A program made the position numbers and the translations under genes. Of a DNA stretch of 60,515 bases, positions 21,801 through 34,834 are shown piece after piece (positions within the stretch are counted from its first letter, which is position 1; the number at the start of each line of letters is the position of its first letter). The notes below the pieces were generated by a model. The model worked only from the letters and a program-made list of their open reading frames with translations, was not told where the DNA came from and ran no database searches. The DNA comes from a virus (Duplodnaviria > Heunggongvirae > Uroviricota > Caudoviricetes): IMG/VR virus record IMGVR_UViG_3300033463_000022, positions 86,542-147,056 of that record; one strand, written 5' to 3'.

Positions 21801-23986
21801 CTGCTGTCTCCTCCGGCTTTTTCTCCATCAAAAGCTCCTCTGGGTCCAATGATAGCCACATACCTTGTTCCGTTCGTTCCGAGGTCTCCATCTTTCAAGA
21901 AGGTTATTTCCTTCGTAAAGATATGATCGCCAACCTCATCGGTACGAGATACTGCAAGACGAAGAGTATTATTACTATACTCTTTTCTATATGTTCTTTT
22001 TATAGTATAGCATATTTTTCGATTTTCGTCAAGCCAGATTGATTGTATCATAGAATTGGGTGGTTGCTTATGTTCTGTTGTAATTATGATATCACTATCA
22101 CCATTTTTATAATACCAGACAAGCTACTCAACCATGTCTGCAGGCTGCTGTGTCCAATGTGTCGTAGCAGACAAGGTATATATTTTATCACTATTATCAT
22201 AATCCAATATATCTTTCAGCTATAGCTGTCCTGCTGCATCATACTTATGGAGGTCGTCGCCAGTAAACTCTACTGTAACAGGGATGGTCTTGGTATAGTT
22301 CTCCTTGTAAACAACATGGGTTGTATAACCGAGGTCTAGTGTTGTATCATCCTTGGTTGCAAAAACATGAACATAAAAAACAGAAGCGTCATCTTTAAGA
22401 TAGCTATATACGTTCTAGTCTACACGAGAAGTATCCCCACTTATCTTTCTTGGTAGTCCATTAGGAGGAGACCAATACCAATTGCCGGTAAAAGCGAAGT
22501 TATCCCCTCCTTCTTTCGTAGAAACAATCTTTAAAGTATAGTTGTCCATTCCTCCAGCTACTTCGGTAATAGCAAAGGGATGAGCCGCTTGACCTCCAGA
22601 ATTGATAACCTCTAACTCTGCTGACGCAAGGTTGTTATCGTGGGAGGCAATTACTTTGTACTTTGCCTGATATTTAACTGCGGCCGCAGTCGCTATGTAG
22701 TCTCTATCAGTCTCGCCTTCTAGTGGAATCCAACCATACCCCGCAATTCTACTCCAAGAATCTTGCTCCTATGAAGCATTATCCAAATCCCACTGATACC
22801 ACTGATACTTAGTATTTGGATCTTCTGATATGTCAGAGCTAGCGTGAAATAAAGAAGCTCGATAAAATGTGCAAAAATCATCCCAGACTAGCCCAAATGG
22901 ATACCGCTAAAGTAAATAATATTCTTTATCCCCGTCTTCGCTTGATAAAAAATGAAATGCGGTTATTATACCATATTCATTGGTGGAGTAAGGGCGTATA
23001 TCACAAATATATACTTTTTCCTCTTGAATAGTTCCAGCTTTCTCAAATGTTTCTAGTTCCTAAACATAATAATCCGTATTTAAAGTTAAAAAACCACAAT
23101 TCCTTTTTCCTTTGCTAACGTCATAACCGATTCCATAAACGTCAACAATAGTAGCGTAGTGGGGATTTTCCAATAGATCCTACTTCTCTACAAACCACAT
23201 CTAAATATCTTTTACAGAGACAGAATCCCCTTCGGTCTCGCCATTAAAACCAGACTAATAAACCTATATTTTTTTTAACCCCGTTAAAAATCCCGCTGTA
23301 GCAACTTCGACAATAACAGATTGTTCAGCATATTCACCAAATTCATAAACTGAACCATTATAGTCTTTTGTACTCATGACATAAGAAATATCTTTACCTT
23401 CGCCCTCTGTGGTACTAAAAGTAAAAATAAGTCCGTAGTCTCCAGTTTCATGAGTATTTACAAAGCTAGTAAGGAATTTAGCCTAAATTTTTAACAGTCT
23501 AAATTTATTAGCGAGAACTGAAAATCTTGAATCGACAGAAGTATTATTAAAATTATCTACATCTACTTTGCTTTCAGAAGTATTTAAATTAATAGAGCAT
23601 GGTTCATCATTAAGTCCATGGGCTGAATTATAATAGCTCTCTCCCAGCAAATCCCCGCTCATCTGCACATACTAATTCGCCTAACTAGTTCTCTCTTCGT
23701 CTGTCAAGCTCTTATTAGAAACAAGCCCAGTAATAATCCTATTCTTTGTAGCATCATTACTAGGAATCTTGATATATACCTAATCATTAACAGAATATTC
23801 TTTTGTAATATCCTGCGCGTAAGCATCAGCCGAGCCGCCCTCGTAGGTAACCCTGTACTTACCTGTATCCTTGTCAAGCACTTCCGCAATATTACCAGCT
23901 ATCGTCCTATCAAAAGACAGAGCCTGTAGTCTGCTGTCTACCATAATCTACATAGCCGTTAAAAATTGCTCGCTAATATTTGACAT
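18854..23986 (-). CDS. Central tail fibre / host-specificity protein (1710 aa, recoded)
   Basis: Track fragments 18881, 19133, 20420, 20948, 21623 and 23483 share a frame; ATG 23986 with AAGGAG; repeated G.IG.W.I motifs; TGA stop. Confidence 0.8.
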
Positions 23987-24035
23987 ATAAAAACTCCTTT
24001 CTCTCATTAGAGGAGAGGGTTTAAACCCTCTCCTC

Positions 24036-27000
24036 TTATTCTGTACGCCTCAATGCCCATTGGGCAGCGTCGTTGACCAAGCTATTAAGAGCATCAACAA
24101 TCTCGTCAGAGCTTTGAACATTCGGGAAGTTAGCGTCGATATGGACATTCTAATCAATAGCAGTGGGACTAGCGGCCGCGCTAGGTGCGTAGCTGCCAAG
24201 CCTCATGGCTAGTGAACCTATCGCAGCGAGCACGCCTTCATCTATTGACCTTGTTATATCGCGCATCATACCGACCGCCGCAAGTATATTCTCTGTGTCC
24301 TCTTGATTAAGGACAAGCTCTTTCTCGTGGAGGAAAGCCATCTTACCAGACCCGTCACTCCAGTTTCCGGTATAGCCGCCAGAAGCAAATCCCTCTGGTG
24401 AAATTGTAATAGTTCCTCTTTGATCCACATGCTCATTCTTATAATCTCTCTCAACAACTTCTGTTTCATCTTCTACTTTCTGAGACAATTCATTTATTGC
24501 TGTAGTTAATTTATCTATAGCATCTTGCGTAGGCTACAAACTAAATCCCATGTCTTGCGCCCAATTTTTCATGGATGAATCAAACGCATGCATATCGCGA
24601 TTTAGATAACCTATAACTTCATCCAATCTCCCCTGCGAAGAAGCACTTTGCCACAATCCAAGAATATCTTTTTCTGACCATCCTCCCGGGGTGCCAAACT
24701 AATTAGACACTAAAGCTCTATATGCCAATTGAGCTATTGCTTCATCTAAGCTTCCTGCTTCAATGGCGTTACCAGAGACATCATAGTTAAGCATTGTATT
24801 GGTCTAATTATTACTATCTGGGATATCATAATTGGTCTATATCTCATTAACGCTTACAGAAGCCAATTCTTTCAGTTTATCAATTGCCTCTTGAATTCCT
24901 CTTGCTAGATCTCTATAGCCTTCAGCCGCATTATAAGCCGCATCCATTTGCTATAGCAGTGAATCAACCTCATTCATGCCCATCCAGGCGAGGTTATCAG
25001 TGGAATCAGAAAGATTTCTTACTGTCCAATCAAGCGTATCAAGATCGGTGCTAGTGGTATCAGCTGTGGTACTAATCTTCTATTGCAGATTATCGTATGC
25101 ATTTCGCATATTGTCAATCAGCTGAGTCGCTGCGGGATAGAATGCTTGAGTGGTTGTTGCCATTGAAGAAAGTTTTTTGGTATAATTATCAGCATAAGAA
25201 TTATGAGCTTTTGCTAGTCCTTCAAAATTCTAAGTTAAAATTTCATTATTAGTTTTGCCACTTTCCCTAGCAAGATTGATAATATTTCTAACTGCCTAAT
25301 CAGTTTTTTCATAAACACTTTGAGCCGCTGCTGCACTAAATACCTAGCTTTCGGTAGCCGACTTATCCATATCTTCTTTAGCGATATTAAATTCTCGTTC
25401 AAGATATCCTATCTTTTCAAAGTAATACTTTTCTTCCACCGCAAGCAATCTATCTCTTTCGTCTTCACTGATCAACTTATTATCAAAATCTTGCCAAATT
25501 TGCTGTATTCTCTATTCAAACTCAGCACCTAGCTACACTAGCTCTTGATTCAAATCTGTAACTCTCTACTTTGCTATATTATACTTTTCGTTCGCAGCGT
25601 CGAGAACTTTCTACTCAGCATCCTCAATCTACTCAAGATTGGCGGTATACTAATAGTTCCAGTTGCCTTGACTGTCTCGTACCAGACGCAACTCGGTCTT
25701 ATTATTCCTCTAGTCCTCAAGATCCATCTACGCCTTTAGTAGTTTATACTCGGCTTCCATGTAATCAAGGTCGTATTGAGAAAGAGTATTGCCTTCACGA
25801 CGTAGGTCGATTTCCTTCTACAGCTAAACCAGGCGTGTCTTATAAGCGTTATTGGTAGTCTTATCAATATCAGCCTATAGCTTCAAATACCATGAAGCTG
25901 TCTAATAGTCCTCGTTAACCTCGTCAAGATAGCGCTCAGAAGTTTCGATGTAGTGGTCATATTCGGTCTACTAAACCTTCGTACCCTTGCCACCAGAAAC
26001 CTTCTAATCAAACTCATAGAGCGCTTTATCAATCTCAAGGTTATACATATCCTTAGCTTTCTCAATAGCCTCTTGTGAGCTCTTCAAATAAGCTGCTTGC
26101 GCTTCCTAATACTCTTTTAGGAATGCATCGCGTGTCCTCACTAGATAATCATATTCAGCGCCAGTCTCTCCACCAGCATAATTATCTAGCTACTGTTGCG
26201 CCTCTAGGTACTTCTGGTACATACCTTCATACCATTCGCGCTACATCTAAGCTTTTGCGATAGAAGCATCCATCTACTCGCTGAAGGTACTCTATAGGCG
26301 AGCATATCCCTCAGCTGTTCTATAGGTCTACCCTTGCAGAGCATATAGCTCTCTAATCGTATCAAGAACGCTAGTATTATGTTCAAGCTAACTGGTGAAT
26401 TTTCCGAGTCTCTCGGCAGCCGCATCAACGGCATCTGCAACCGAGTTCTCCCATTCCTCTATCCAGCTAAGTAGATTCTTTCCAGATTCAGTGATATTAG
26501 AGACAAGACTCTCCATATCTTTTCTGATACGCTCTTTATCAGCATCATTCTCCGCAGTAGCAAGCTCTGCTTTAAGAGCTTCATAATTGGCTTTGTAGTG
26601 ATCATACATAGCCTTTTCATCTTGCGCGGAAAGGGTGCTAAAGCTTAGAGACTTCATTCCGTGAGTGAGAGCGTCACCGAAGGATTCTGCTATCTCCTTA
26701 GAGAAATCATTGAGCTACTTGCGGAGATTCTTCATATCGATCTTGACTTCGAGTTTGTGCTCGATTTCGCTCAAGATGGTATCTTTTGCTTCGCGAAGGG
26801 CCTCCTCATATTTCTCCATGTTTTCTCGCTGAATCTTTAGCGTTTCTTCATAGAGGTCAAGAGCTTTCTTTAGTTCTTCGTAAGAGTTCTTTGTGGTATC
26901 GAGGGTATCTTTGAGAGAGTCTAACTTCTCCTACATGCCCTCTGCTGCTTCGGTATTCCCCTCTTCAATATACTAATTAAATTCTTTCTAGGCATCAACA

Positions 27001-30000
27001 AGTGCTTTATTATCATTTTCGACTTTCTTCCAAGCCTCGCGAAGAACCGAGGTATAATTGAGAATATCTCCATCATCGGCCATATTGAGCTAGAACCCCA
27101 TAGCGCTGGCTTTTGCTTGAGCCTTGGCTAGGTCGCCATTTTCGCCATAAAGATACCCCTCTGCTTCCTTAGCTTTCGCTAAGTAGTTTTCAGCTTGCTT
27201 GTTAAGCTACTTAATTTTCTCCTGGAAATTCTTTAAACGGTCTGGGCCGTAAGTACGTCCAATAAGGGTATCAGTTTTCTTGAGAAGAGTATCTTGCTCC
27301 TCTATTTCAAGATTTATTTCGTGATAACGCTCACGGAAATCATCAAGAGTAGAGAGTTTTTGTTTGGAGAGGGACTTCCCTCCTCCATCTCCACTATCGC
27401 TGGTAAAATCGTCAATTAGAGATTGAATAACTTGATTAATGGCATCAGCCATCTTTTGAGCAGTAGTTTTAGCATCAAGAGCTCCAACCGATTCTCCCCA
27501 CTTGTAGAGAAATTTACTAGGATCTGCTTTTCCAGACTAGACACTTTGGTAATCTTTTATCATATTCGCTAGTTCTGGATTATCTTTTATTACTGAGTTT
27601 AAATCTCTATCTAGTGTTTTATCAAAAGTCCTAGCATCATATTCAGTCAACTCTGACTAGTTTGCATATATCCCAGTAAAATATTTAGATAAGTCTTCGC
27701 CATTTATGATAGCTTTTCTTAAAACTTCTAGATTATCTATCTCCGCTCGCCACTATTGAATCTCTTTATCTGTTTTAATAATATCGTCGGCTGTGAAAAC
27801 CTATCCAGTACCAACATCTTCAGAGAAGCTTTTCTTTAAAACATTAGAAACTCCAGTCCACCCTAAAGGATTCTAAACGAAGCTTTTGAAATCTAGAGTA
27901 GTATTCTTTAAAGCCTATTGGAAGAAAGACTATAGATTACTTGCAGCCTATTCTTCTTTCTTCTCGATAACTCCAAGACTTGAAACAATACTTTTCTCTT
28001 GAGCCGTCTAGTTTGTTATAGCATTAATCCTAGTTTCGATATTCCCTTTGCGCTTCTTTATTTCGTTATCAATGGTAGCTATGACAATCCTCTAAGAGCT
28101 TTCCTTTGCTGCTTCTTCAAGAGTTGCATCATTGTTTAGAGCTTCAGTAAGAGTATCTTTCTTCAGAGCACGCTTAGCTTCTTCGGCAATCTCCAAGACA
28201 GAAACAATAGCAGCTTCAGTCTATGATTCGTCAAGAAGCTATTGTACAGTTACGTCTCTTTGTTTATCAAGGTTGTCATAAGCATTAGCAAGCAACTAAT
28301 TATATTTCTCTTCGTCTATACGAAGAATATTCTATTCAGCATCATAGTAAGCATCAGCCATCGCTTGCGGCCAGCGCTTACCCAGTTCTACCCAGTTGTC
28401 CGCACTTACTGTCAGGTCGTCGTTGATAAGCTTGAGACCTTCGCGGATATTGGCAAACTTAGCTGCGAATACGCGAGAATCAAACTTGCCAAATTCTTTA
28501 TCATCAATTTCTAGCTTGACTTCCAGAGGGTCGCGCTCAAAATCATTCTTGAGCTTTTCAAGCTACTTCTCGGCAGTTCGCAGGTCTAAACCAATTTGAA
28601 TCTAGGAGAGAGTTTCATTAAGAGTCTTTTCTATACTCTTTTGATAGTCTCCGCCAGCAATCTTCGCGGTCTTTTGTAAACTGTCGTAAGAAGCTCTAAG
28701 TTCTTTTATTTTTTCTTCCGAATATTCTGTCTCGCCAATCAGCTCTTGCCACTGCTTTTTTAGCTCATTATAATAATCTTCATAGCTCTTTAAATACCCC
28801 TCTGTATATCGACCCTATTCATTTGTTGCTGTACTGACATACTCAACTAATTTCTATAGCGAATCAATCTAGTCGTCAACCGTTAAGTCGCCAAATCCTG
28901 TTAAATCAGCTATTCCAGAGAAAGCTTCCTAAAGCTCTTTTATAGTTTCATCATCTAGTAGCTCTCCATTGGCCAGCTTATCTAGAACTTCAAAAGCTTT
29001 TGAAGAGGCATCTTTTATCTGGATATTTAGGTCTATCGGTTCCCGCAAATCGTTAAGTTTTGCTAATAACTAATCAACATTTTCAATATCTGCTATTATC
29101 TTAACATCTGCGTATCCAAGATCTTCAATATTATCATTTAAACCAAAAGAACGAAGTTTTTCTTTTGCCTAAACGTATACAGACTATACTTTATTAGCAA
29201 CTTCTTCTGGAGAGAGACCCTCCATCATTATTGCCTTTAAAGTATCTTCTGAAACATCTTTAAGGCCGCTTGAACCTTTTTTAAGTTTATCAAAATCAAC
29301 CTTGCTTAATTTATTTAGATCAGATAAGAGGGGATCAATAAATGTTTCTTTGTATTTATCTCCATAAATGACTTTACGATTTTCCTATAATATCTTCAGA
29401 TTTTTCGTAAGTCTGTCATCATCTAGCTCTATAGCTCCAGATTCTAATGCTTCGGCAAGAGTTTTGAACTACTCTTCAGCTTTTTCATAAGCCTCAAAAT
29501 CCAATGCATTATCATAAGCTTCCAAATAAGCTTTTAAATTCTCCTCGTTATCAGCTAAAGCCTCTGCTAGAGCCTCTTTATCATTTTGATAAAATTCTTT
29601 TATACTAACTTCTCGTTGAGCAAAATAATCTTCAATTTCTTCTTTGGAGGTTAAAGTTGCATCTACCATGTGCAGCTCTGGGGCCTTCACCTGTTCAATT
29701 GTTTTCTTTCCATTGAATTGTCGAAGAGCTTCATTTCTAGCAATCGTAGCCCGCGTTTCTGCTAGTTCAACTTGCCTCTATAGTTCTCTATTTTCTTCTT
29801 TTAATACTTTTAGTCTTTCATACTCCTTCTCTGTTGCTATTCCTTCTTCTATTTTTACATTTAATTTTTCTATTTCTTCGTTCTACTATTCAAGTTGTTC
29901 CTTTAAATCTTTATAATTTGAAGTGGCTTCCTAAGCCTTTTCTATAGAGCGGTCTAAGGCGCCATTAAAATACTAATACGCTTTCACTCCTGCATAGAGA

Positions 30001-32729
30001 AGAACGGCGATAAGAGAAATCATTGGTAAGGCAGTTGAAATTGCAGCCCCAAATCCAGCTACAGCGGGAGTGGCGCTTGTAGCCGCAGCTCCTACTGCGC
30101 TTGTAGCCGCAGCCCCAATACCAAGAGTTGCAGAAAAACTCTAAACACCCTTTACTAATATTGGGAGCAGCATAGCAGCAGCACTTAATAGTCTAGTAAT
30201 AACTTCTGTATTTTCAAGGTCTTCATCTGTAAAGATGTCGCCTAAAGAATTTATTGCATTAATGCCAGCATTAATCTGCATTAAAGCATTACTAGTTTCT
30301 ACTAAAATAGCGGCCCAATCTTTTTGCTAGATAGAGGTCTGCTTTATCTCACCTTTTAGACGCTCTAAAACTTTACGGTAAGCTTCAGCTTTTTCCTCAG
30401 CGGTTTTCTCAGATGCGGCAACTGTTCTAAATTCCTCAGCAATTTTATCTATATCCTCTGGATTTTCAACAATAGCCTTTAAAGCCTCTTTTACCTTTGC
30501 TAAATTATTATATAAAATGTTGTCGCGTCCGCCCTAAAATAGAGTTTCTATTTCTTTTTTTGCAGTTTCTGTGTCTTTACTAAAAAGACCAAGCGTTTTA
30601 GAAAGTTCTAACCAATCAAGTTCTACATTTTCTTCATTTTCTCGACTAGCCTATTCAAAAGCACGAACTTTACTTGTTGCTTCTTCAAGCTTAGCGATTA
30701 AGTCCGTAAATACTTGACCAACACCTTTACTATCACCTATAACAGTATTTATAGAAGAAGTGATAGAAAGTCTATTTAAACTACCTCCACCAACAGAAGA
30801 CCCGACATTAGCCATTCGCTCCGCTATCTTTTTAGCATAAACATCTTTACTTTCCCTTAATAACCCGGTAGCGCTAATTTCTCCAATTCGTTCGTCTCTA
30901 GCGGTTTTACGTTTTGATGCAATTTCAGACGCTTTCAAAGCCTCCTATTGCATTATTTCCAAAAGCGCCTATTCGTTCTTTATCTAATCTAACTATTCAG
31001 CAGAGTACTTGCCTTCATTTTCATTTATGGTATTCTGTATACTAACCTATTCTTGTAATATTTCAAGCTTCCTCTTCATAAGAGGATCTGCTTCATACTC
31101 AACTTTTAAATTCTCTAACTGCGCAGCCCACGATGATTTTAATTCTCTCGCCCTCTATCCTTCAAGCCCAACCATTATTCGCACAGATTCGAGAGAATTT
31201 CTCAATCCATTGGCTATTTTATCGCTGTAAAGAGATGTAAATATGACGCCTAATTGATTGATTACGCCCCGCATCCCGCCAAAACCATCAATTAGTTTTG
31301 CTACTGTAGTAAGAACAGGGGTAAGAGTCTTATCCATATTAATGAATGCATCGTCATTAATTAGGCTATCATAAATATCCTCTGCCGCAGCACGAACACG
31401 ATCGCGCGCAGCTTCCCATCCCTCAGCATAAATATCTTGCTATCTCTAAAGTTCACCTTCTGCACCTTTTGCTGTTCCTAGATTCTATTTAAAGATATCT
31501 GAATTATCCATCAGTGCGATAAATGTAGCATACTGCCTTACACCAGCAACTGCTTGGGCAAGTGCCATCTACTAATCGCGCGATAGAGTTTTCCATTTGT
31601 CCATAGTTTCATTAAGGATCTAGTCCATATCTTTAAGATTTCCACTAGCATCCTTAATATCAACTCCAACCTAAGCAAGAGCAAGGGAATACTTATTTAA
31701 ATCTGTACCATCATCAAGCGACTCACCAAGTTTTAAACTCTCTAAGCGTCCAAAGATAGTTCTAAACGCAGTACCTACAGTATCAGCGCTTTCACGCGTC
31801 TAAGCTGTAACCGTAGCGAGCGCGGCCGCCGCATACTCGTAGCTAAGACCTACTGTATCAGCGACAGCCGAGAACTTAGTCAATCCTTGAGATATCTCTT
31901 GAGTACTAGAAGCTGTGGTAGCGCCCAACTTAGCCATAACATCGGCATAATATTCAAGACTCTTAGAGCCATCATAGAAGTTATTCCATACCGCGGTCAT
32001 CTGTTCGGAAGCCTTTTCTGCAGATTCGCCGGCCGTATTCGCCAGCTTTATAGTGACCGCCGCACGTCCTTCCACTTCCTCTTGAGACAAACCTTGACGG
32101 AAGTAGATTAAAGCGGCGTCAGTATAACCTGTAGTGGTAGTACTTAAAGCCTTTGCAGCCTCGTTTGCTTTCTGAGCAAATCTATCCATTTCTTCTGCCG
32201 ATTGCCCAGTAACTACCTTAATATTTGTTAAAGATTCATTTAAATCTTTAACATAACCATAAGCTGTCTAGACTGCTCCCATAAAACCATGCAATGCACT
32301 AGATGTTAATTGCCATCTAGCTGTATTTTTCATAGTAACCCAAAGAGAGTCAAGCAATTTATTAGTTCTGCGCAACGGAAGCTCAGCTTGAACAACTGCC
32401 TAAGAAACTTTTAAGAAAGCTTCTTTTCCTAATGGGCCTAGATTAGCTAAATGTTCAGCATAATCTTTAACCTCCATGCCGCTAGCTTTTAAAGACTTAT
32501 TAAAAGCTATTAAATCAAGCTTCCCTGTATCAACATTATACGCTTTTTGTAGATTCAAAGATAGATCTAACGCAGCCTAAGCGCTTTCTACTATCCCATT
32601 CTTAGTAGCGGTTAGATTGGTCGTGCCTATCTTTTGTAAACTCTAGATAGCTTCCTCAACAGATCTTTTTAGCTAACTAGTATCGCCGGTAATACCAATC
32701 TGATATTCCACATTTAATCTTTTAGCCAC
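24036..32729 (-). CDS. Tape measure protein (2897 aa, recoded)
   Basis: GTG start with AAGGAGGAG; seven track fragments in one frame; TMP-core segment (AAKALSTTTTGYTDAALIYFRQG...VMAKLGATTASS); long A/E/K/Q helical composition; C-terminal FASGGYTG...LHEKELVLN. Confidence 0.9.
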
Positions 32730-32765
32730 GAAAAGCTCCTCCTTTATCTCAAAATATAAAAGTAA

Positions 32766-32798
32766 AAAGGCTCTGAGGAATCATACCTCAGAGCCTTT
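32766..32798 (-). terminator. Intrinsic terminator between the 174-aa gene and TMP
   Basis: AAAGGCTCTGAGG-N7-CCTCAGAGCCTTT with T-run on the minus strand. Confidence 0.75.
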
Positions 32799-32835
32799 CA
32801 ATTCCCTAATAATATTCAAAAATACCCATAATCAA

Positions 32836-33360
32836 TTAATCTTTCCCGGCCACATTCTTTACCTCTTCAAGAATCTCAAGACCTTCACGGTTCTTTATCT
32901 TCGCTAGAGCTTCGCTAATTTGTTCATTCAGCCCACCGGCTTCACTGTTCGCTATCTTCAAAATACCGGCAAATGAACTATTATAGTCGGCAATATCCTT
33001 AGTGGTCTCCTCTACCAGACTTCTAATCTCGTCATACTCCCCAGAGGGGATTACTGAGACGATACCATTGAGAACGCCACTGGTCTCTAACGCATCATAG
33101 GCTTCTAGCGCATTAATATCGTCGCCAAAGTTGATCCCACCATAGTAGTGAGCAATAGCGAGATCGAAGAAAAGACCGATGCGGACTGGAGAGAAACGAC
33201 CAGTATTTTCATCAAGAGCATTGTCAACTATATAGGTAATAATGGCAATTTTGTCCTACATAGGAAGATAAGTGCGGACGTCGAGGTCTGTGGTGTCATT
33301 GATCTTGAGTTTCGCGGTAGGAATCTTGGTTTCAAGATTCAGTTCTTTAAAATCAGGCAT
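32836..33360 (-). CDS. Tail assembly chaperone-like protein (174 aa, 1 TAG)
   Basis: Manual translation MPDFKELNLE...YLPMQDKIAII...; AAGGAG RBS; located between MTP and TMP (function inferred). Confidence 0.65.
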
Positions 33361-33392
33361 AATAATATCTCCTTTTACTCTATTATAAATAT

Positions 33393-33421
33393 ATTATAGC
33401 ATAACATGGAAGTTATGTCAA
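33393..33421 (-). promoter_or_regulatory. Perfect sigma-A/sigma70 promoter
   Basis: TTGACA-N17-TATAAT on the minus strand upstream of 33360. Confidence 0.8.
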
Positions 33422-34687
33422 GGTGTTGCCAAAGATAAAAGTTTTAGGTAGGGATGTAAGATCAAGATCCACATCTCCTTCGTGGTACTTTCCATCTTTA
33501 TTCGCAATTATAAAGGGTGGGTTAACATTTTTGACTGGAGATCCATTCACTAGATCTTTAGTGGCGTATACATTAGCATAAGCTCCTCCACCGCTCATAT
33601 AAGAGTTAATTATAATATAGTCTGCCAAAATATAATTTGCACCATTTAACTATCCAACGCCCATAAGCTCGTAAAAGACTCTTCCCCAGTCAGTATATTT
33701 CTATACAATGGGATTATCACTATTCTTAGAGGCAAAAATAAAGCTACATAAACCTCCAAAGTTTATATGTGATCCTTGGAAAAACAAGTCCGAAAAACCG
33801 ATTAATCGTGTGTTGTCCTGCGTAGCGCCAATGGTAATTACATCTTGGCTAGTATTCTTTAGACTAAGACTTTTCCCCCGTATTTCTTTCAAAAAGGCGT
33901 CTATAGTAGGTCCAAACTCTCCAGATATTGTTAACGTCGCTGGGATAGTAATATCAGCCTTCTCTGGAACTTTATAACCATATTTGATAAGAGTACCTTT
34001 TGAGTTACCTTGATTGACCTCTTTCTAAAACTCGTCAGATATTTCCTCGACCCAGTCCTAATACTCTTCATTCGCAATTTCTTGCAAATCAGTTCTCAAA
34101 AAACCACCAATCTAAACTGCATGGGTTCCTGTTCTAAGGGCTTTTCTTTCATCAATAGTTTTTATAACAATCTTACCTTTATTCTAACCTCGCGCGATTT
34201 TTCTTTCTTCTCTTACTGTCTTAAATCTTTTTCGACCCGCTAGACGCTAAATAAATTCAGATATACGTGATTCAAAAGAAAAGCCAGCGTTCTAAGCGGT
34301 AGCTTTTGTGTTAGAATCAACATAATAGTTCAATAGAGACTTCGCAGTTCCACTTGTACCAAGATTCATAGAACGCAAAGACTTTATTAAATCATTTGCT
34401 ATAATATTAGTTATACCTAAAAATTGCATATCTTCCGATGACATGGTTTTTTGTCCAGAGGGGCCAGTATACTTATTTAAAGTGTTTAAAACCTCTTGAA
34501 TTAGCTATGCACCTTCTGTAGTTCCTCGACAATTGTTTCTTATATACTACTGAAAAGCATCCCAATTCCCCTAAGACCACGCATCAAGAGAAGTAGGAGC
34601 CCACATAACACTCTGGCTATCTTCTCTATGTGTCGCGGGTTCTTCACCTATTCGAAGGTTTCTATTACCGTAATAAAAATTTGCCAT
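33413..34687 (-). CDS. Hypothetical 424-aa protein, possible PD-(D/E)XK nuclease fold (recoded)
   Basis: AAGGAGG RBS; track fragments 33413 and 33701 in frame; AGFSFE...KADI...SLK spacing resembles restriction-type catalytic motifs (inference). Confidence 0.6.
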
Positions 34688-34834
34688 CTTCTTACCTCCT
34701 TTTCCTCATTTTTAAAACTTGCGGCGGCTCGGTCTGTGGCGTCTCAAACCATGCTCGCTAGACGCTATACACCGCGCGGCCGCAAATATAAAGAAAAGGG
34801 AAGAGAGATTTCTCTCTCCTCCCTAAATCTTTTA

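Noticed and set aside
11256-23986. Diversity-generating retroelement targeting tail fibres
   Set aside because: No reverse transcriptase and no TR/VR pair differing at adenines was seen in the window.
32810-32850. Possible seventh copy of the late promoter motif (GGAAA...TTTTTGAATAT) upstream of TMP
   Set aside because: First box mismatched, spacing about 19-20 rather than 24, and it lies upstream of a terminator.
32729-33360. Lambda G/GT-type chaperone frameshift before the tape measure gene
   Set aside because: Only about 105 nt, containing a terminator, separate the chaperone-like stop from the TMP start; no room for a T-like extension.
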